Shown in pieces: positions 60,483-64,000 of a stretch of DNA of 64,000 nt. The first letter of the stretch is position 1, and each line of letters opens with the position of its first letter. The notes under the pieces were generated by a model, which searched no databases, was not told where the DNA came from, and saw only the letters and a list, made by a program, of their open reading frames with translations. This stretch comes from an uncultured Acetatifactor sp. (GTDB lineage: Bacteria; Bacillota; Clostridia; Lachnospirales; Lachnospiraceae), in contig CAJUAH010000008.1 in the NCBI GenBank assembly GCA_910584375.1, forward strand, positions 27,031 to 91,030. The letters are read 5' to 3'. A program made the position numbers and the translations under genes.

Positions 60483-61313
60483 CTATTGTGTGCTCTTTTC
60501 AGGAGTATGCGGCTTTTCTGTCACATGCCCGCTGCTGACGCCATGAGATTCCTCATCCAGAGGCAGCCAGTCCAGAGCGTCATGGATCTGACTGTTCCAA
60601 AAATCCCAATCGTGACCTCCCGCAGTCTCCACATAGGTCAGTTCCGTTCCCTGCGTTTCGAAAAATTCTTTCAGTTTCCTGTTCGCGGTCAACAGGCCAT
60701 CCTCCAGGCCGCAGGACATATAGATCCTGGGCACGCGCCCTTTCTCTCTGGCGTTCTCAAAAGCGATCTTCGGATTCAGATCCGTCTTCTCCGCCTTCTT
60801 TTTATCTCCGAAACAGGCCAGCCCTCCAAAGAGACCGTGTCCTTTTTCCTCGAAGATGTGAAACGCTCCGGACAGGGCGATGATATGGCTGAATGTATCG
60901 CAATATTTCAGCCCGTTGCGCATAGCTCCGTAGCCTCCCATGGACAGTCCCCCGATAAAAGTGTCTTCCCGCCGGGCAGACAGCGGAAACGTCTTTCTCA
61001 TCATACCCGGCAGTTCCTGTCCGATAAAAGTACCGTAGGCGCTGTTTGGCTGAGTATGGTCAAAATAAAACGAATTTTCCCCGCTGGGCATGACCACCGC
61101 CAGATTCCTGGCCTCCGCCCACCTCTGAATACATGTGCCTGAGATCCAGTCCACGTTGCTGCCCAGCAGCCCGTGGAGCAGATACAGCGTCTTATACCGT
61201 TTCTCCTTCTGCGCGTCCGTCCCGATATTCATCTTATCCACGGGAAGAATCACCTGTACTTCCACCGTGCGCAGCAGCGCCATGGAAAGATACGTCATTT
61301 GGATCAAAGCCAT
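60483..61313 (-). CDS. Alpha/beta hydrolase (tributyrin/acetyl esterase family)
   Basis: LYLLHG, GLSMGG, CGLED and GGHDW. Confidence 0.9.
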   Translation of the reverse strand: MALIQMTYLSMALLRTVEVQVILPVDKMNIGTDAQKEKRYKTLYLLHGLLGSNVDWISGTCIQRWAEARNLAVVMPSGENSFYFDHTQPNSAYGTFIGQELPGMMRKTFPLSARREDTFIGGLSMGGYGAMRNGLKYCDTFSHIIALSGAFHIFEEKGHGLFGGLACFGDKKKAEKTDLNPKIAFENAREKGRVPRIYMSCGLEDGLLTANRKLKEFFETQGTELTYVETAGGHDWDFWNSQIHDALDWLPLDEESHGVSSGHVTEKPHTPEKSTQ

Positions 61314-61403
61314 ATTTATTTACCTCCTTACCTTTAATTACAATCATACGCCTTTTACCGTTTTCTATCCAACGCTCCGCTCTGGCTATTACCGCAGCGG
61401 GGC

Positions 61404-61432
61404 TTGACACACTTTTGCTCCCGGACTATACT
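61404..61432 (+). promoter_or_regulatory. Sigma-A promoter upstream of ybaK
   Basis: TTGACA-17 bp-TATACT. Confidence 0.75.
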
Positions 61433-61566
61433 TTATACCGTAATATAGTGCGCTTCAGCGCACATTTCAATCAGTAGAGTTAAATGCGGAGCATTTTACT
61501 CGTTATAACGTAATATGGTGCGTTTCAGCCAGGCATCGATAAACATGCGGAAAAGAGGAAAATATC

Positions 61567-62055
61567 ATGTCCAAATCAAAAGAAAGCAAGACCAACGCCA
61601 TGCGCATCCTGGAATCCATGAAGATTCCCTTTACACAATATACTTACGAATGCGATACATTTATCGACGCACTGAAGATCGCGGACAGACTGGGGCTGCC
61701 CTATGAAAAAGTCTACAAGACTCTGGTAACAAAGGGAGCCCGGGACTATTTTGTATTTGTGATTCCCATAGACCGGGAGCTTGACCTGAAAGCCGCAGCC
61801 CGCAGCGTGGGGGAAAAGAGCATAGAAATGATCCATGTGAAAGACATTAATGCCGTCACCGGCTATATTCGGGGCGGCTGCACCGCCATCGGCATGAAAA
61901 AGCAATATGTGACCCGGCTCGACGTCTCCGCCGCCGGGCTGCCCGCGATCATCGTCAGCGGGGGACGTCTGGGATGCCAGATCGAGCTTGCTCCAGAAGA
62001 CCTGCTCTCCGCCGCCAGAGCCGAGTATGCGGACGTGATCCGTCACGACCAATAG
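61567..62055 (+). CDS. ybaK: Cys-tRNA(Pro) deacylase
   Basis: KTNAMR, VYKTLV, TGYIRGGCTAIG and SGGRLG. Confidence 0.92.
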   Translation: MSKSKESKTNAMRILESMKIPFTQYTYECDTFIDALKIADRLGLPYEKVYKTLVTKGARDYFVFVIPIDRELDLKAAARSVGEKSIEMIHVKDINAVTGYIRGGCTAIGMKKQYVTRLDVSAAGLPAIIVSGGRLGCQIELAPEDLLSAARAEYADVIRHDQ

Positions 62056-62067
62056 GGGGAAGTCCCC

Positions 62068-64000
62068 CTATTCCGAATCCCGCATATCTCCCTCTATCCA
62101 AAATTCCTCCCTGTCTCCCACAAAACCGGGATCTTTACAGAAATCGTTATATATATCCCCGATCTCCGTCTCCGTCATCACACTGTCACAGAACACCAGA
62201 CCGGATACATAACCCCGGAAAGATTTTTGAAACGGATCTCCGCCCAGCAGAATCTGCTTACAGGCAGGCAGTTGTGGAACATCCTCCGCCTCCCCGGCCA
62301 ACCGACCGTTCAGATACAGGCGGCCGACACATGTGAACGCGTCGAAAGTGACACAAAGAAAGCTCCATTTATTCCGCTGCACCATCCGGACCAAAATGTC
62401 ATGAAACTGCGCTACAAAATTGTCCTGATGTACCCGATATACCGTGGAATGATCCGGCGAGTAGGGCACCATGGACATAAAGCCGTTATTATACCGGGCG
62501 TACAACACGCTGCTCCAGCCGTTTAACTCCAGAGGCTTGATCCACATGCACACGGTATAGGAGTCGCTGGCCAGCAGCTCCGGCGGCAATTCCAGCACGT
62601 TATGCCGCACGTCACCGCCGTCGAACAACACGCCTCCCCAATTGGCGCTGATTCCCTCCGTCAGATGTACCCCCACGCCTGACGGAACGGCCCGCATAGC
62701 GCCGTCCACGGCGGCATAATCCGTCCAGAAAGGAAATTCCGTCACCCGCATCTCCGTTCGCAGATTCGTTCTCACATATTCCAGAAAATCTTCCACGTTC
62801 ATCGGTTTTGAGAAGTAATCCCCGCCCACGGCGTTACAGCCGCACTCGATGAGATACATAATATCTTCCCGGGAACTGACGCCGTCCGCCACAATATCCA
62901 TCTTGAGCTCACGGCCCACAGCCATCAGGGTCTTCATGATCCTGCGTCCCTTATGGCTGGAAAACGCATGCCGCATATACTCCCTCTGGAATTTCAGCGT
63001 GTCGATGGGCAGCATATCCCAGTATCGCAGACTGCCGAAATCCAGTCCCACTCCTGTGAACGAGATATGAAAGCCGCATTTGTGCAGCGCCTCGATATTG
63101 GCAAACATCTCCTCTTTGCCTCTCGTCGAAAAAGCGGATTCCTCTATCTCCAGCTCCAGTTCCTCCGCCTTCACCTTATAACGGCGCATCATACTTTCCA
63201 ACCAGGACAAAAGACTGCCGTTCATCAGCTGCAGCCGCGAGATCCGCACCGCTACCCGGTCCGGTCTCTCTTTCGCCCCTCTGAAGACAGCGATGTCCTG
63301 CAATACCTTCTCTATAACCCAGGCGTTGAGCTCCGCGGCAAAACCGTTTTTAATGAACAGCGGCAAAAACTCCTCCTGCCCTTTGCACCGTCCGTCCGGC
63401 ATATTCCATACCAGATACGCCTGCGCCATATGAAGCCGGGGAGTCTGGGCCATGACAATGGGCACATAGCGCACCTCAAACTCCCTGTTCTCCAGCGCCT
63501 GTTGCTGTCTCTTCTCCATCTCAAGCTCGCCCAGCACCAGCTCCGCGATATCGTTAAACACAACGTAGCGGCCTTTACCGTTGTCCTTGGCATGGTACAT
63601 GGCCATATCGCTCTTCAGCAGCGTTTCCTCCAGGGTATCTCCCACCTCTTCGTCGTAAAGGATACCGATACTCATGGACACATTGGTAAGAATCTGTTCC
63701 GCGCCTTCCTTGCTCCGCACCCTCTCTATGATCCTGCCCGCCATGGCGCACAGTTCCTCCCGGCTGACTTCTCTGGGAAAAACCAGCACAAATTCATCTC
63801 CGCCCATTCGCACGGCGCGGGCCATGGGGGCGCTCTTTTGAAGGATTCCGGCAATATTTACCAGCAGCGCGTCTCCCTGATTATGTCCGTAAATATCATT
63901 GACAATCTTAAAATTATCCACATCCAGAAACATAAAATGAATCCTGCTGCCCAGCGCGAGTCCATGGTAATAAGCGTACAGAGCCTGACGAGTCCACAGG
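62068..64000 (-). CDS. GGDEF + degenerate EAL + LamG-like domain protein, 5' end outside window
   Basis: DVDNFK, YGHNQGD and RMGGDEF; EAL-like fold; C-terminal YTVCMWIK...WSFLCVTFD...LYLNG; frame is open to the window edge. Confidence 0.85.
   Translation of the reverse strand, partial: LWTRQALYAYYHGLALGSRIHFMFLDVDNFKIVNDIYGHNQGDALLVNIAGILQKSAPMARAVRMGGDEFVLVFPREVSREELCAMAGRIIERVRSKEGAEQILTNVSMSIGILYDEEVGDTLEETLLKSDMAMYHAKDNGKGRYVVFNDIAELVLGELEMEKRQQQALENREFEVRYVPIVMAQTPRLHMAQAYLVWNMPDGRCKGQEEFLPLFIKNGFAAELNAWVIEKVLQDIAVFRGAKERPDRVAVRISRLQLMNGSLLSWLESMMRRYKVKAEELELEIEESAFSTRGKEEMFANIEALHKCGFHISFTGVGLDFGSLRYWDMLPIDTLKFQREYMRHAFSSHKGRRIMKTLMAVGRELKMDIVADGVSSREDIMYLIECGCNAVGGDYFSKPMNVEDFLEYVRTNLRTEMRVTEFPFWTDYAAVDGAMRAVPSGVGVHLTEGISANWGGVLFDGGDVRHNVLELPPELLASDSYTVCMWIKPLELNGWSSVLYARYNNGFMSMVPYSPDHSTVYRVHQDNFVAQFHDILVRMVQRNKWSFLCVTFDAFTCVGRLYLNGRLAGEAEDVPQLPACKQILLGGDPFQKSFRGYVSGLVFCDSVMTETEIGDIYNDFCKDPGFVGDREEFWIEGDMRDSE

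Overview
Chromosomal window of a moderately GC-rich Clostridia bacterium; gene content is most consistent with Lachnospiraceae (inference). About 50 CDS, mostly on the minus strand. Housekeeping genes include glnS, purO/purH behind a ZTP riboswitch, guaB, gatCAB, fba and ybaK. They are interleaved with transporters, regulators and a patchwork accessory zone (about 38-60 kb). That zone holds a Septu-like ATPase+HNH pair, an OXA-like lipoprotein, an AAA/PD-(D/E)XK protein and a single-chain kinase-phosphatase-Rnl1-type RNA ligase. The most unusual item is an XRE helix-turn-helix fused to an apparently catalytically dead PurM (AIR synthetase) domain, coupled to a heterodimeric ABC exporter. Also notable: two tandem 100-bp hairpin repeats, a short divergent flagellin with a sigma-A-type promoter, and a MerR-methyltransferase split by one in-frame TAG. 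No rRNA, tRNA, CRISPR array, integrase or intact transposase was recognised. All family calls are by eye from motifs; no searches were run.
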